This document shows, piece after piece, positions 29,497-39,846 of a stretch of 55,612 nucleotides of DNA (positions within the stretch are counted from its first letter, which is position 1; the number at the start of each line of letters is the position of its first letter). The position numbers and the translations under genes are program-made. Source of the stretch: Bacteroidia bacterium (GTDB lineage Bacteria > Bacteroidota > Bacteroidia > UBA4408); assembly GCA_044374175.1 (NCBI GenBank), contig JBILPB010000004.1, positions 1 to 55,612 on the forward strand, read 5' to 3'. The notes beneath the pieces were generated by a model. That model did no database searches, had not been told where the DNA came from, and worked only from the letters and a program-made list of their open reading frames with translations.

Positions 29497-30243
29497 ATGA
29501 AATTACTTCAAGGGAAATCGGCATTAATTACAGGAGCCTCTAGAGGCATTGGTAAAGGAATAGCTTTAAAATTTGCCGAGCATGGCGCCAATGTGGCTTT
29601 TACCTATCTTTCTTCTGTTGAGAAAGGCATTGAGTTAGAAAATGAATTGAAGGCTTTTGGCGTAAATGCCAAAGGTTATCGTTCTGATGCTGCCGATTTT
29701 AAAGCTGCAGATGAATTGATTACTCAAATGGTTGCTGATTTTGGTACTATTGATATCGTTGTAAACAATGCTGGCATCACCAGAGATGGTTTGTTAATGC
29801 GTATGTCAGAAGAAAATTTTGATGAAGTAATTAAAACCAATTTAAAATCGGTCTTCAACATTACTAAAGCAGTGCAAAAAATTATGTTGAAACAAAGAAG
29901 AGGTTCAATCATTAATATTAGTTCTGTGGTGGGTGTGAAGGGCAATGCAGGACAAGCGAATTATGCCGCTTCAAAGGCTGGTATCATTGGGTTTACAAAA
30001 TCGGTAGCTTTAGAATTAGGCTCCAGAAATATACGTTGCAATGCTGTGGCTCCTGGTTTTATTGAAACAGAAATGACAGCCGTGCTTGACGAAAAAGTAG
30101 TGCAGGGTTGGCGAGATGCTATTCCTTTAAAAAGAGGTGGTAATGTTGATGATGTGGCCAATTTATGTGCTTTTTTAGGTAGTGATATGAGCGGTTATAT
30201 AACTGGCCAGTGCATTAATGTATGTGGTGGTATGCTAACTTAA
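29497..30243 (+). CDS. fabG: 3-oxoacyl-ACP reductase
   Basis: TGASRGIG, NNAGITRD, GNAGQANYAASKAG and APGFIETEMT motifs. Confidence 0.95.
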   Translation: MKLLQGKSALITGASRGIGKGIALKFAEHGANVAFTYLSSVEKGIELENELKAFGVNAKGYRSDAADFKAADELITQMVADFGTIDIVVNNAGITRDGLLMRMSEENFDEVIKTNLKSVFNITKAVQKIMLKQRRGSIINISSVVGVKGNAGQANYAASKAGIIGFTKSVALELGSRNIRCNAVAPGFIETEMTAVLDEKVVQGWRDAIPLKRGGNVDDVANLCAFLGSDMSGYITGQCINVCGGMLT

Positions 30244-30447
30244 GGAGTGTTTAAAAAGTATTTTATTGTTAAATAATATTGATCTTCTGCTATATAGTTA
30301 GTGAGAATTATTTTTTACAATTTACTGCAAGTGCACTCTAAAAAATATTTATAGTCAGGCTTGAACACCATTTGAAATTCCACAATCTTATATTTCAAAA
30401 TTCTTATTGTTCAGTCTCATCTATTTAATGATTCATATTTTAATCTA

Positions 30448-31491
30448 TCAATTCCCTGATTTAATATATTGAATGCCACGCTCTATTATATCATCAAAAC
30501 CACTATTAACAGTGCTGTCTTGCATCCAAATGGTAACATCTGGAGGTATCCCATTTTCAAAGTTTTTACCATCAGGTGTTAAGGTTTTAGTCACCGAAAA
30601 ACGATAAGTCCAGGCATTGGGCAATTGACCACCATTGGGCACACCTAAGCCACCTCCTGTAGTATCGCCAATTAGTTTTACATAAGGAAAGTTTTTCATC
30701 GCCAAGGTAAAAAATGATGTCGCACTATAGCAACTCCTATTGGTTAAAAGTGCAATGCGCTTGGTAAATTGTTTATTGCCTTTGGGCTCAACAAACAAAT
30801 CATTACCCTGGTCAAAAGCATCGAGAGCAACACCATTCTTTGCAAAAGTGCGATATGCTAACCTTTTACTATCTGCAAACCGACCAGCTAATGCAAATAC
30901 ATTGGAAGAGGAACCACCACCATTGCTTCGCACATCTAGTAATAATCCATCACAGGCTTGCATTTTATTTAATACATAGTCTAAATCTTCGGGATATAAT
31001 TTTTCACTGAAAGAAGTATAACGGATATAACCTATTTTTAATCCCAGTGTGTCTAGTATACAATTGTCGAGCGCGCCCGTACTTTGCATATTAGCGCCAT
31101 TACGCATCAGGTATTTGGTAAGTACCAAACGAGAATTAAAATTTTGAGGACTATTTAAAAAAATAGGGTAGTAGTTTGATACATCAAAAGGAGCAATCAA
31201 ATTGGCATGTCCATCGCGCAATTCATTCATCATATTGGCACAAACTTTAAAAAGTGCTTCTTGCTCCATGCCATCATATACTTGGCTTTGGTATTTATTT
31301 TTAATGCTGTTCCAATCTAATTGTTTGTATTCAATAAAGGAATATTTACTATTGATTTCGTTCCATAAATAGTTGAAAACAGCTGTTGCATTATTACTTG
31401 TTTTTTTGTTGTTTACCAATTTATTGCAACTGAAAAAAAGCATAGAAAAAAAAAGCAAAATCAAATATTTATGTTTCATTTTACATGGCAT
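30448..31491 (-). CDS. S41-family peptidase lipoprotein (Tricorn C1-like N-domain)
   Basis: Lipobox LFFSC (likely start MKHKY), ELRDGH, DVRSNGGG, YSATS, GDTTGGG and GIPPD motifs. Confidence 0.9.
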   Translation of the reverse strand: MPCKMKHKYLILLFFSMLFFSCNKLVNNKKTSNNATAVFNYLWNEINSKYSFIEYKQLDWNSIKNKYQSQVYDGMEQEALFKVCANMMNELRDGHANLIAPFDVSNYYPIFLNSPQNFNSRLVLTKYLMRNGANMQSTGALDNCILDTLGLKIGYIRYTSFSEKLYPEDLDYVLNKMQACDGLLLDVRSNGGGSSSNVFALAGRFADSKRLAYRTFAKNGVALDAFDQGNDLFVEPKGNKQFTKRIALLTNRSCYSATSFFTLAMKNFPYVKLIGDTTGGGLGVPNGGQLPNAWTYRFSVTKTLTPDGKNFENGIPPDVTIWMQDSTVNSGFDDIIERGIQYIKSGN

Positions 31492-32368
31492 TTAAACGTG
31501 TGTGCAAGCTTATTTGAAAACCTGTTTGGCTTACTTTATATGCTTTATTTTCTACTTTGAAGTTTTCGAAATTCCATAAATATTGGAGAGAAATTCTTGT
31601 GCTATTTTTTAAAAAATATTCAAAAGCCAAATTGCTATTCAAAGCAAAAAAATGATTTATTGTATAAAATTTATAATTACTAATTACTTCTTGCACCACA
31701 GTGTTTTCATAGGCATTTCCCGAACCATCATGTAATTTTCTTATAGCATTAAATGGGGGTCTTGATACACCCGCAAATAAAGGAACTGCAAGTTGATAGG
31801 CTAAACGCATGGAGCGCTGTTTTTTAAACAATTTACGTTGTGGGTTTTCTTTGATTGAAAGCCATTTTTCAAAATGAATAATAGGTGATAAGGTATTGCT
31901 AAAATTATAGGTTATACTAGCGTTTTGTAATTGAATGTTCTGCCTATAATCACTTTGATGAGCCAACTGCCAACCTGCGCGTGTTTTAATATTTTTGAAT
32001 TGAATCCTGTTAATTAAATAACAAGTTGATACACCCAAATTAACATGTGTAAGCGCTGATGAATATTGTTTTGGTTGAATAGAATTATATAAATTGGCTT
32101 TACTCCAATGGGTATAAAATGAAGTTATTCTTTCCTTTTTTCTTCTTTGTAAACCTAAGCTTGCTCCAGCACCAATACCCTTGTATACTAGGGGTGACAC
32201 CATGGTTTCTAATTGTGCAAACTGATTTAAATGGACGCTGGTTATTAAGTATGTTTCTTTTACTGGGACATAAAGTAAAATAACTTCACGCTTAATTTCA
32301 TTGTCAACTTGCGCCATCACACAAATTGAAATTAAATTCAAAAAACAAATTAAAATATATTTGCGCAC
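31481..32368 (-). CDS. Putative outer-membrane beta-barrel protein (DUF3316-like partner of the S41 peptidase)
   Basis: Signal peptide, SPLVYKG motif, alternating amphipathic strands; tightly coupled to the S41 gene. Confidence 0.5.
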   Translation of the reverse strand: MRKYILICFLNLISICVMAQVDNEIKREVILLYVPVKETYLITSVHLNQFAQLETMVSPLVYKGIGAGASLGLQRRKKERITSFYTHWSKANLYNSIQPKQYSSALTHVNLGVSTCYLINRIQFKNIKTRAGWQLAHQSDYRQNIQLQNASITYNFSNTLSPIIHFEKWLSIKENPQRKLFKKQRSMRLAYQLAVPLFAGVSRPPFNAIRKLHDGSGNAYENTVVQEVISNYKFYTINHFFALNSNLAFEYFLKNSTRISLQYLWNFENFKVENKAYKVSQTGFQISLHTRLNAM

Positions 32369-32380
32369 TGCAAGAAATAT

Positions 32381-34708
32381 TTACTCTTTCACAATTTTTA
32401 AAGTGCTTAACTCTTTGCTAGTATTTACTCTTGCAAAGTAAATGCCATTTCCACTTTCGCTGATATTAATATTGATAACAGTTAATCCGGCATTAATTTG
32501 CTCCACAGAATTTTTAATTATTCTTCCTGTAATATCTGTAATGATAAGGCTAGCGAAATCATTTTCCTTTGAAATAATTTCTAATTGATAATGGCCATTG
32601 CCTGGATTTGGAAAAATATGGCAAGGTAATGAGGCTGTGCCATTTTTTACTGATAGCACACCTAGCAAGGAGGCCATAGCGCCATATGCATTTACTTTGC
32701 CATGTCCCCAAATAGTACTTCCCGAATCAGGAATTGCACCTGTTTTACTATCTAAAATGGCTGTGCTAAAAAGTAAATCTTTTACTTCTGTAGGATTTAA
32801 TGTACTGTCCACTTGTAATAACAGCGCCACAATGCCACTCACAGCTGGGCTCGACATAGATGTACCACCTGCTACAGCATAACTGTAAGTTTGCCCATTG
32901 ATAGGCGATACAGCACTCGCAATTACTGAACTGTAATCGGTGCCACCAACAATATAGGTTGAATCTACACCACTTACAGAAGAAGCAACAACAAGCCCTG
33001 GGCCTGCAATATCAGGCTTCACACGACCATCGGCTGTTGGTCCTTTGCTACTAAAAGAAGCAATGGCGCCCTTGGTATATCCTTGATAAGTTAAACTTTG
33101 CCCTGAAATATTTGTAAATGTTGGTTTGCTATTATAGGCGGCTACTGCAAGCGCTTTTTCAGTGCTCACTAAATCACCACAAGTCATTAAATTATCACCG
33201 TTAACGGCCCATGTATAAATTGTTTTTGCAAAGGTGCCATAATGCCCCGAAGTATTAATGACTATACCTTGCCACATGTTTACTGTGCCACTGTTGCTTG
33301 TGATACTTACAAGAAGTCTATCTGTTACTCTTGTGTAAAGTTGCACCAACATGTGTGGTTTGCCATTAAACTCACTTGCAACCGTTGTAATGGTAATAAA
33401 ACAGGTGTCGCCATTACTACCAATCAAATTATATTGATGGGTTGAATCATCCAAACATATGGTTGCTGTACTGTCAATTTTATTATAACCAGTGTATAAG
33501 CTAAAATTCATGCAAAATGATTTACCTGCCTCGCCCCAAATATCCAATTGATTTTTTTTGTCGGTCAAGGTTGTTGGGAAAGTGCAAACAGTATGCACAC
33601 TGGTATCTGCGGATGTAAAGGTCTTTTTTAAATGAATCGTATTACCACCATTATTTCCACCCGATAGTACAAATATTTTACCAGGTCCAACTAAATTATT
33701 GCAAGCCTGACTAAATAAAGAAGTTCCATCTCTTGGCCCCAATGGACAGCCCCAGCTGAGGTTTGCCACTGCAGGTTTATTTACTGCATCGGCATAATTA
33801 AAAACATAATTAATGCCATCTAAAAAATCAACACTACCTGTATTAAGCCAGTGTGCAGCAGATGGGTAAATGGCCACAGCCACCAGTTCACTTTCAAAAG
33901 CCATGCCTCTGAAACGTTTATTATTGGCACTACTTCCACCGCCAGAGCCACCTGCAATGCCCATCACATGGGTTCCGTGAGTGGTTTCGGTAACATCATA
34001 ATGTTTGTTCCAGATACTTAATGAATCACTATACTCTGAGCCAAAACCAAAGTTGATGGGCGCTGTGCCTGTGTTGTTTTTTTGCTCCCAAACCCTTTTA
34101 ATTCTATAGTGCGTGAGTGTTGTATCAAAAAAGGTGGGATGTGTATAATCAAAACCTGCATCAACAATACCAACAACTACATTCTTTCCTGTATAAGATT
34201 GCGGCAAATAAATGCCCTGATGCACCGAATCAACTCTTGTTACTTTTCTTGCTGTATCTAACTCAGGATAACATGGTTGATCCATATCGATATATTGTAT
34301 ACCTTGTGTTTTTACAAATTGATGAATAGCATTTAATGGGATTTTGGCGGTCCAAATATCTTTGGCTTTGGTGCCAATTTTTATGCCTTGTTGCGTAAGT
34401 TTTGAAGCATCAAAATAAGGCTCAACTTTCATGATGGCATTTACATAAATAACATTTTGTTGATTCATACTGTATACATATTGCTCTAAAACTTTATCCT
34501 TATTTTGTTTAAGATTATTGAGAAACAAATATTGTTTTACTGCTGCTGATAATTGAGGTGCACTATTTTGTGCATGCATATTACTAGTGATAAATAGGAG
34601 GAAAAAGAAAGAGGTGTATATTTTATTCATATCAATGATTTTTTTAAGCATGTTCAAAAGTAAGAAAATGATTGAATCTAAAAGGAATAAAAAACAAAAA
34701 GGCAGCAC
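32381..34708 (-). CDS. S8 (subtilisin-like) serine peptidase with T9SS type-A CTD
   Basis: Catalytic VGIVDAG / THGTHVMG / GGTSMSSP, KPDIAGPG; CTD IFPNP...GIYF...KIVKE. Probable start is MNKIY (~34630). Confidence 0.93.
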   Translation of the reverse strand: MLPFCFLFLLDSIIFLLLNMLKKIIDMNKIYTSFFFLLFITSNMHAQNSAPQLSAAVKQYLFLNNLKQNKDKVLEQYVYSMNQQNVIYVNAIMKVEPYFDASKLTQQGIKIGTKAKDIWTAKIPLNAIHQFVKTQGIQYIDMDQPCYPELDTARKVTRVDSVHQGIYLPQSYTGKNVVVGIVDAGFDYTHPTFFDTTLTHYRIKRVWEQKNNTGTAPINFGFGSEYSDSLSIWNKHYDVTETTHGTHVMGIAGGSGGGSSANNKRFRGMAFESELVAVAIYPSAAHWLNTGSVDFLDGINYVFNYADAVNKPAVANLSWGCPLGPRDGTSLFSQACNNLVGPGKIFVLSGGNNGGNTIHLKKTFTSADTSVHTVCTFPTTLTDKKNQLDIWGEAGKSFCMNFSLYTGYNKIDSTATICLDDSTHQYNLIGSNGDTCFITITTVASEFNGKPHMLVQLYTRVTDRLLVSITSNSGTVNMWQGIVINTSGHYGTFAKTIYTWAVNGDNLMTCGDLVSTEKALAVAAYNSKPTFTNISGQSLTYQGYTKGAIASFSSKGPTADGRVKPDIAGPGLVVASSVSGVDSTYIVGGTDYSSVIASAVSPINGQTYSYAVAGGTSMSSPAVSGIVALLLQVDSTLNPTEVKDLLFSTAILDSKTGAIPDSGSTIWGHGKVNAYGAMASLLGVLSVKNGTASLPCHIFPNPGNGHYQLEIISKENDFASLIITDITGRIIKNSVEQINAGLTVININISESGNGIYFARVNTSKELSTLKIVKE

Positions 34709-34730
34709 TGTTTTTCAGTGCTGCCTTTTT
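34696..34730 (-). terminator. Strong Rho-independent terminator after the fibre gene
   Basis: Perfect inverted repeat AAAAAGGCAGCACTG-ttttt-CAGTGCTGCCTTTTT. Confidence 0.9.
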
Positions 34731-34757
34731 AAAATACATTTGAAAAAAAACTGAAGC

Positions 34758-36221
34758 TTATTTTTTAGCCTTTAATAATTCAATTTCTTTTTTCAAAAGT
34801 TCAATTTGTTCTTGTTGCTCTTGAATTGCTTTAGTTAAAACAGGTATCAATTCATTATATTTCATAGCATAAGGATCTGTAATTGCTGGTATTGGTTTAC
34901 CATTAGCTTTTGCATTTGCTAATTGTTTTTCAGTAGTAAAACTATGCACTACTGCTTCCGGTACAACTTTTTCTACTTCCTGCGCAATAAAACCAATTTC
35001 TTTTCCAGTACCATCTTTAGGGTTAATCCAGTTGTAACTAACAGGACGTAATTGCATTACTTTAGATAAACCACTTTCTAAACCATTGATGTTTGTTTTT
35101 AAACGAGCATCCGAAGTTTGAATTACACCATTACCTGAGTAAATATTTCCCCAACGGTAAATAGGCGTACCTAATTCAGTTAAATTGTCGTCCCAAGGCT
35201 CAATATCATTGTCGGCTTTGTTAATCCAATGACCAATGAAATTAGCACCATCATTGTTGAAATAAGTAGCAGCAAAACCTTGATTAGCAAAAGTAATTAC
35301 AGAGTCGGTTGCTAATCCAGTCTTCCAAGTAATTGCGGGATTTGCTGTTCCTAAATTATCTCCAATAACTATGTTATTTACACGAACATCAAATTGTTGA
35401 CGAGGCGTGTTGGTAGCAATACCAATCTTATTTCCGTTATCATAAAATCTAGAATCTCCACCAGTTGTTGCACCGGTAAATTTTACCAAATTATTTGTTG
35501 TTCCGTTAATGTTAGCACTTCCGGGTGCTCCAGCAGGTCCTTGTGCTCCAGCTGCACCATTGGCGCCAGCTGCACCCTGAGGTCCTTGTGGTCCTTGCGG
35601 TCCTTGTGGTCCTTGCGGTCCTTGTGGGCCTTGCGGGCCTTGGGCACCGGCTGCTCCAGGTGCGCCATCATTTCCATTTGCCCCGGCAGGTCCAGCAGGT
35701 CCTTGTGCACCAGGTGCACCATCATTTCCATTTGCCCCGGCAGGTCCTTGTGCTCCAGGTGCACCATCATTACCATTTGCGCCAGCAGGTCCCTGTGGTC
35801 CTTGTGGACCAGGAGTTCCACCATTGGCTGCATATAAAGCATAAGGTACAGATAATAACTCAGATGTTCCCATCAAAGCATAATTTGAACCACCTGCAGC
35901 ATCTAATTCTACTTTTACAAAATAAGGACCATTGGCCCAGTTAATACCATTCATCGTGCCCGATACCACAGTACCAGCACCAATTGCTAAATTAGCCAAT
36001 CCATAGGCATTGGTTGATAAATTGTGTGTTTCGGAATACACTGATGTACCAGAAGCACTGCCTTGTAAAACGCTTAAACGAAAGCTCACTGCAGTGTTTG
36101 GTAAAGTATTACCACTGTTATCTCTGGCCACAGCCTGATAGTTAATTTTATTTGGTGATTGAGCAAAGATGGCAGCACTGCACATCATAGCCATAGCAAC
36201 GGTTAGGAAAATTTTTTTCAT
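34758..36221 (-). CDS. Collagen-like fibre protein with C-terminal intramolecular chaperone (Peptidase_S74, tail-fibre type)
   Basis: Signal peptide, N-domain INYQAVARD...SVPYALYA, 34 Gly-X-Y triplets, then TSDARLK...GFIAQEVE...[14 protein letters not shown] and a coiled-coil end. Confidence 0.92.
   Translation of the reverse strand: MKKIFLTVAMAMMCSAAIFAQSPNKINYQAVARDNSGNTLPNTAVSFRLSVLQGSASGTSVYSETHNLSTNAYGLANLAIGAGTVVSGTMNGINWANGPYFVKVELDAAGGSNYALMGTSELLSVPYALYAANGGTPGPQGPQGPAGANGNDGAPGAQGPAGANGNDGAPGAQGPAGPAGANGNDGAPGAAGAQGPQGPQGPQGPQGPQGPQGPQGAAGANGAAGAQGPAGAPGSANINGTTNNLVKFTGATTGGDSRFYDNGNKIGIATNTPRQQFDVRVNNIVIGDNLGTANPAITWKTGLATDSVITFANQGFAATYFNNDGANFIGHWINKADNDIEPWDDNLTELGTPIYRWGNIYSGNGVIQTSDARLKTNINGLESGLSKVMQLRPVSYNWINPKDGTGKEIGFIAQEVEKVVPEAVVHSFTTEKQLANAKANGKPIPAITDPYAMKYNELIPVLTKAIQEQQEQIELLKKEIELLKAKK
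35514..35819 (-). repeat. Uninterrupted collagen (Gly-X-Y)34 tract
   Basis: 306 nt, including three [12 protein letters not shown] blocks and seven consecutive GPQ. Confidence 0.95.
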
Positions 36222-36229
36222 GTTTAAAA

Positions 36230-36715
36230 TTAGTTTTGTTTAATGATTGAAATACTTTGTTGTTTTGAATTTTGATTTAATAAACTAATGGTATACTGAC
36301 CAGAAGCTAAACCTTGAAATGAAATGTTTGGATTAGCAGCAGTGGCTTTACCTTCGCTAACTAATTTACCAGCACTGTCAAATACCCTATAACTATAGGC
36401 TGTTTGATTTGATTGATCCATCTTTAGCGTAACATAATCTGCTGTTGGATTTGGATAAACCAATAAACTTGTTAATTCATTGTTCTCTTTTTGTGCAGTG
36501 GCAATAAGCAATGTAGGTTGCTGGAAACCTTGTGTTAAGGTTGAGGTGCCATCAGAAACAGTTGTTGTAACAGGTTCTCCAATGGTCCAAGCTAAACTTA
36601 CTTGTGCTGTTTGTCCACTACCACCCGATGACGACAGCACTTCTGGCATCACCGTTTGCGCTTTTATAGCCCCAAATAAGGCCATAGCTGCAATGGTTAG
36701 TAATTGTTTTTTCAT
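36230..36715 (-). CDS. Small T9SS type-A CTD protein (about 50-aa passenger)
   Basis: Signal peptide, EVLSSSGG...WTIGEP...LTQGFQQP, then VYPNPT...GQYTI...IIKQN; ends 8 nt before the fibre gene. Confidence 0.88.
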   Translation of the reverse strand: MKKQLLTIAAMALFGAIKAQTVMPEVLSSSGGSGQTAQVSLAWTIGEPVTTTVSDGTSTLTQGFQQPTLLIATAQKENNELTSLLVYPNPTADYVTLKMDQSNQTAYSYRVFDSAGKLVSEGKATAANPNISFQGLASGQYTISLLNQNSKQQSISIIKQN

Positions 36716-36817
36716 AGCATTATATTTATTTGTGGTAAATCTATAATTATTCTGTTTATTTTAAAAGAAAGTAAGTTGAATTAACATTTGAAATTTATAA
36801 AATTAACAAAATGAGAA

Positions 36818-37672
36818 TTAACTGCTTACCAAAAATAGACTTAAGGCCTGACCGGCTATACACCCATCAATTCCTATGATAAAATAAAAGTAACTATTTT
36901 TAGGCTGCAGTTGACGAATAAACAAGATACAAAACAAGGAGATAGCCACAAATGCCTCTAACTGAGCGATATTAATGTATGACAAGTTAAAAAGAATAAA
37001 CAAGAATGTGAGTTGAATCGTTAACAGTAAAACTATGGTGTTTTTAGAAAACGGAAGTCCAGCAGCCACTGGAATTGTTTTAATTCCATCTTCTTTATCT
37101 TCTTCAACATCCCTTATGTCTGCAGCGATGCATAGAGCAGAAATAAAAAATAATTGAGACAAAGAAAAAAGTAATAAAAACAATGTTGAGATGCCTTGAT
37201 ATAATTGATCTGTAGCTGGAATTAAAACACCAGTTATTATAGCCACCATGCCAATGGTAAATGCTTTAAGTCCTTTTAAACTGCGCAAATGTATTCCTAA
37301 TATTTTTTGATTGTATAATAGCGAAAGCAAAGCAGCTAAAAATCCTAAAATTATTTTAAGGGGATTGTTTAACCCAAATGATATTAATGCTGCACTGCCA
37401 GCAAATCCAATAATCAAACAAAGCATTAATACTCCGGGGTATTGAGCGGGCCATAAATACTTAAAATTATTTTTTTGAAACATTCTATAATGCCCAAACC
37501 AAGTAATTTTATGTAAATTGTAGTAAAGAAAGGTTGTAAAAAAAAGAAAACTAAAATAAGGCCAATCGGGGGCTTTTTTAAGAAGAATAACATCTGTGCT
37601 TAAACTCAAAGTGGCTAAACACAAAGCAGTATAAAAGCCTGAAGCTGTTACATGAAATAGAAATTTATTCAA
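36818..37672 (-). CDS. UbiA prenyltransferase-like membrane protein
   Basis: Multi-TM protein with Asp-rich DIRDVEEDKEDGIKTIP motif. Confidence 0.75.
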   Translation of the reverse strand: MNKFLFHVTASGFYTALCLATLSLSTDVILLKKAPDWPYFSFLFFTTFLYYNLHKITWFGHYRMFQKNNFKYLWPAQYPGVLMLCLIIGFAGSAALISFGLNNPLKIILGFLAALLSLLYNQKILGIHLRSLKGLKAFTIGMVAIITGVLIPATDQLYQGISTLFLLLFSLSQLFFISALCIAADIRDVEEDKEDGIKTIPVAAGLPFSKNTIVLLLTIQLTFLFILFNLSYINIAQLEAFVAISLFCILFIRQLQPKNSYFYFIIGIDGCIAGQALSLFLVSS

Positions 37673-38296
37673 TTATTCGAGTAATGTATATCGGGCTACA
37701 GCACCAATTAATACGCCTATAACAGCTCCTTTTATCACATTTTGCACCCTCGCTTGTCGAGCTGCATTCTCATATCCACTGATGTAATTAGGGTCTTTTA
37801 AATATTTGGGGTCTGAAATGTGCGCACGATTAATTTTTATCCATCTTGAACCTAATAAAAAAGCGCCAGCACCGGCACCAACAGGAGCAAGCCATGCTGG
37901 CAAAACAATACCAGAACCTGCACCTATGCCAAAACTTCCCCAAAATGCTAATGGAGAGCTATATCTGCTATTGGCATCATGCGCACCAGCAATGTAACTT
38001 CTCATTTCCTCTGCTGCTAAATAATTATCTTCTGATAAAGTATCCTGCTTATAAATAAAAACCTCCTGGCCGCTTTTGTAAAGGATAGAAAATATTCTAT
38101 TTTTTTCCATATCAACAATTTCATCTTTCTTAGATTCTGGGTCAATCATTTTGATAAAATCGCCAGCAGTATCACCAACATTCACAAAAAATATATTACC
38201 ATTCATCATGGTTACCCTCTCCTGTGCTAAAATGGGAGCAGTGTTTGATAATAAAAAACAAAGAAATAAAATTATTAATTTAAGCATATTTTTCAT
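37673..38296 (-). CDS. Hypothetical exported/membrane protein with Gly-rich hydrophobic segments
   Basis: Signal peptide, C-terminal GxxxG-rich helices; abuts the UbiA-like gene. Confidence 0.7.
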   Translation of the reverse strand: MKNMLKLIILFLCFLLSNTAPILAQERVTMMNGNIFFVNVGDTAGDFIKMIDPESKKDEIVDMEKNRIFSILYKSGQEVFIYKQDTLSEDNYLAAEEMRSYIAGAHDANSRYSSPLAFWGSFGIGAGSGIVLPAWLAPVGAGAGAFLLGSRWIKINRAHISDPKYLKDPNYISGYENAARQARVQNVIKGAVIGVLIGAVARYTLLE

Positions 38297-38347
38297 GCTT
38301 CAAACATACATTTTAAAACGCAAAAAGACAAAAACGAAAAAGTAAAA

Positions 38348-39772
38348 TTATACGATCCCTAATTTTATCATATTTGCACGTCCCCTTTCTTTCATTGGAA
38401 TGCTTGCAATATGTATCAATAGGTCATTTTCTTTCACTAAATTTTGATGCTTTAAAAATTCTTTTACGTCAGCAATTGTTTTGTCGGTGCTTTCATATTT
38501 ATCATAATAAAATCCTCTTACACCCCATACTAAATTTAAGGTGTTCAACAAAGATGGGTTATCAGTAAAAATAAAAATATTTGCTAAAGGACGCTGACTA
38601 CTAAGTCTAAAGGCAGTATAACCACTATTGGTCATACTTACAATACCTTTGGCTCCACTGTGTTGAGCCATTACACATGCATTAAAACAAATTGAATCAG
38701 AAATAAATGTGTGGTTTTTTACTACAGGTGGATGATCCTTAAAATAAATATTTCCATCACTTTCTACGGCAGCTAAGATTTTATTCATGTGTTGTATTAC
38801 AACCACAGGGAATTTACCTACAGAAGTCTCGCCACTTAACATTACAGCATCAGCGCCATCAAGCACAGCATTGGCCACATCATTAACTTCTGCTCTTGTT
38901 GGTGTATAATTCGTAATCATGCTTTCCATCATTTGAGTAGCAATAATTACCGGCTTTGACGCTTTTATACATTTATTGACAATCATTTTTTGAATCAATG
39001 GCACTTTTTCCATCGGCAACTCAACACCTAAGTCACCTCTTGCAACCATTATGCCGTCTGCCATATCAATGATGTTGTCAATTTCTTCTATGGCTTCAGG
39101 TTTTTCAATTTTAGCAATTACACGTGTTGTTTTTTTTGCATTTTTAATTCTTTCCTTTAAATCAATTACATCGGTTACCGAACGCACAAAAGACAAACCA
39201 ATCCATTCAACATTATTGCTTAAAGCAAAGTCTAAATCTTCCAGATCTTTTTTGGTAAGCGAAGGCAAGGATATTTTAGTGTTGGGTAAATTAACTCCTT
39301 TTTTTGAAGATAATACACCACCATTCACTATTACTGCTTTAACGGTATCTTTTCTGTTTGTTTCTGTTACCCGTAGTTCTAATTTTCCATCATCAATTTT
39401 TACGCTATCGCCCACTGCTACATCCTTTGGAAATTCCGGATAAGTAATATAGATTTTTGCCGCAGTGCCCACACATTCTTCGGTGGTAATTATTATTTCT
39501 TTGCCATCCAATAAAATAATTTCATTGTTTTCAACATTGCCAATGCGTAATTTAGGACCTTGCAAATCAACTAAAATGGCAACATTGCCTTTTTTTGCGT
39601 GATTTAACTCACGAATAATATTGATCGTTTGTTGATGAAAATCATAGCTCCCGTGTGATGAGTTAATGCGCGCTACATCCATTCCTGCATCCATCATAGC
39701 ACTTAAAACTGGGCGTGTGTTTGATGATGGGCCCAAGGTGGCTACTATTTTAGTTTTTGTCCAATGATCCAT
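38348..39772 (-). CDS. pyk: Pyruvate kinase
   Basis: TKIVATLGP, DLQGPKLR, IAKIE, MVARGDLGVE and DAVMLSGET motifs. Confidence 0.97.
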   Translation of the reverse strand: MDHWTKTKIVATLGPSSNTRPVLSAMMDAGMDVARINSSHGSYDFHQQTINIIRELNHAKKGNVAILVDLQGPKLRIGNVENNEIILLDGKEIIITTEECVGTAAKIYITYPEFPKDVAVGDSVKIDDGKLELRVTETNRKDTVKAVIVNGGVLSSKKGVNLPNTKISLPSLTKKDLEDLDFALSNNVEWIGLSFVRSVTDVIDLKERIKNAKKTTRVIAKIEKPEAIEEIDNIIDMADGIMVARGDLGVELPMEKVPLIQKMIVNKCIKASKPVIIATQMMESMITNYTPTRAEVNDVANAVLDGADAVMLSGETSVGKFPVVVIQHMNKILAAVESDGNIYFKDHPPVVKNHTFISDSICFNACVMAQHSGAKGIVSMTNSGYTAFRLSSQRPLANIFIFTDNPSLLNTLNLVWGVRGFYYDKYESTDKTIADVKEFLKHQNLVKENDLLIHIASIPMKERGRANMIKLGIV

Positions 39773-39786
39773 ATGTTATTTTTTTG

Positions 39787-39794
39787 CAAATTTA
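39787..39794 (-). promoter_or_regulatory. -7 promoter box for pyk
   Basis: TAAATTTG about 15 nt upstream of the start. Confidence 0.55.
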
Positions 39795-39846
39795 GTAATA
39801 AAAAGTTAATAGTGTATAAGTGACACTAAAATATTTGTAAGCACTG

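Noticed and set aside
30244-30372. Possible MITE or IS end (GAGTGTTTAAAAAG ... CTTGAACACC) after fabG
   Set aside because: Only about 8 bp of imperfect inverted match and no target duplication; not supportable
35394-35944. Repetitive alternate-frame ORFs (RSLWSL, KDHKDR, VLVVLA repeats)
   Set aside because: These are other frames of the collagen Gly-X-Y repeat
34758-36221. Prophage tail fibre
   Set aside because: It has a Sec signal peptide, and no capsid, terminase, integrase or other tail genes are nearby
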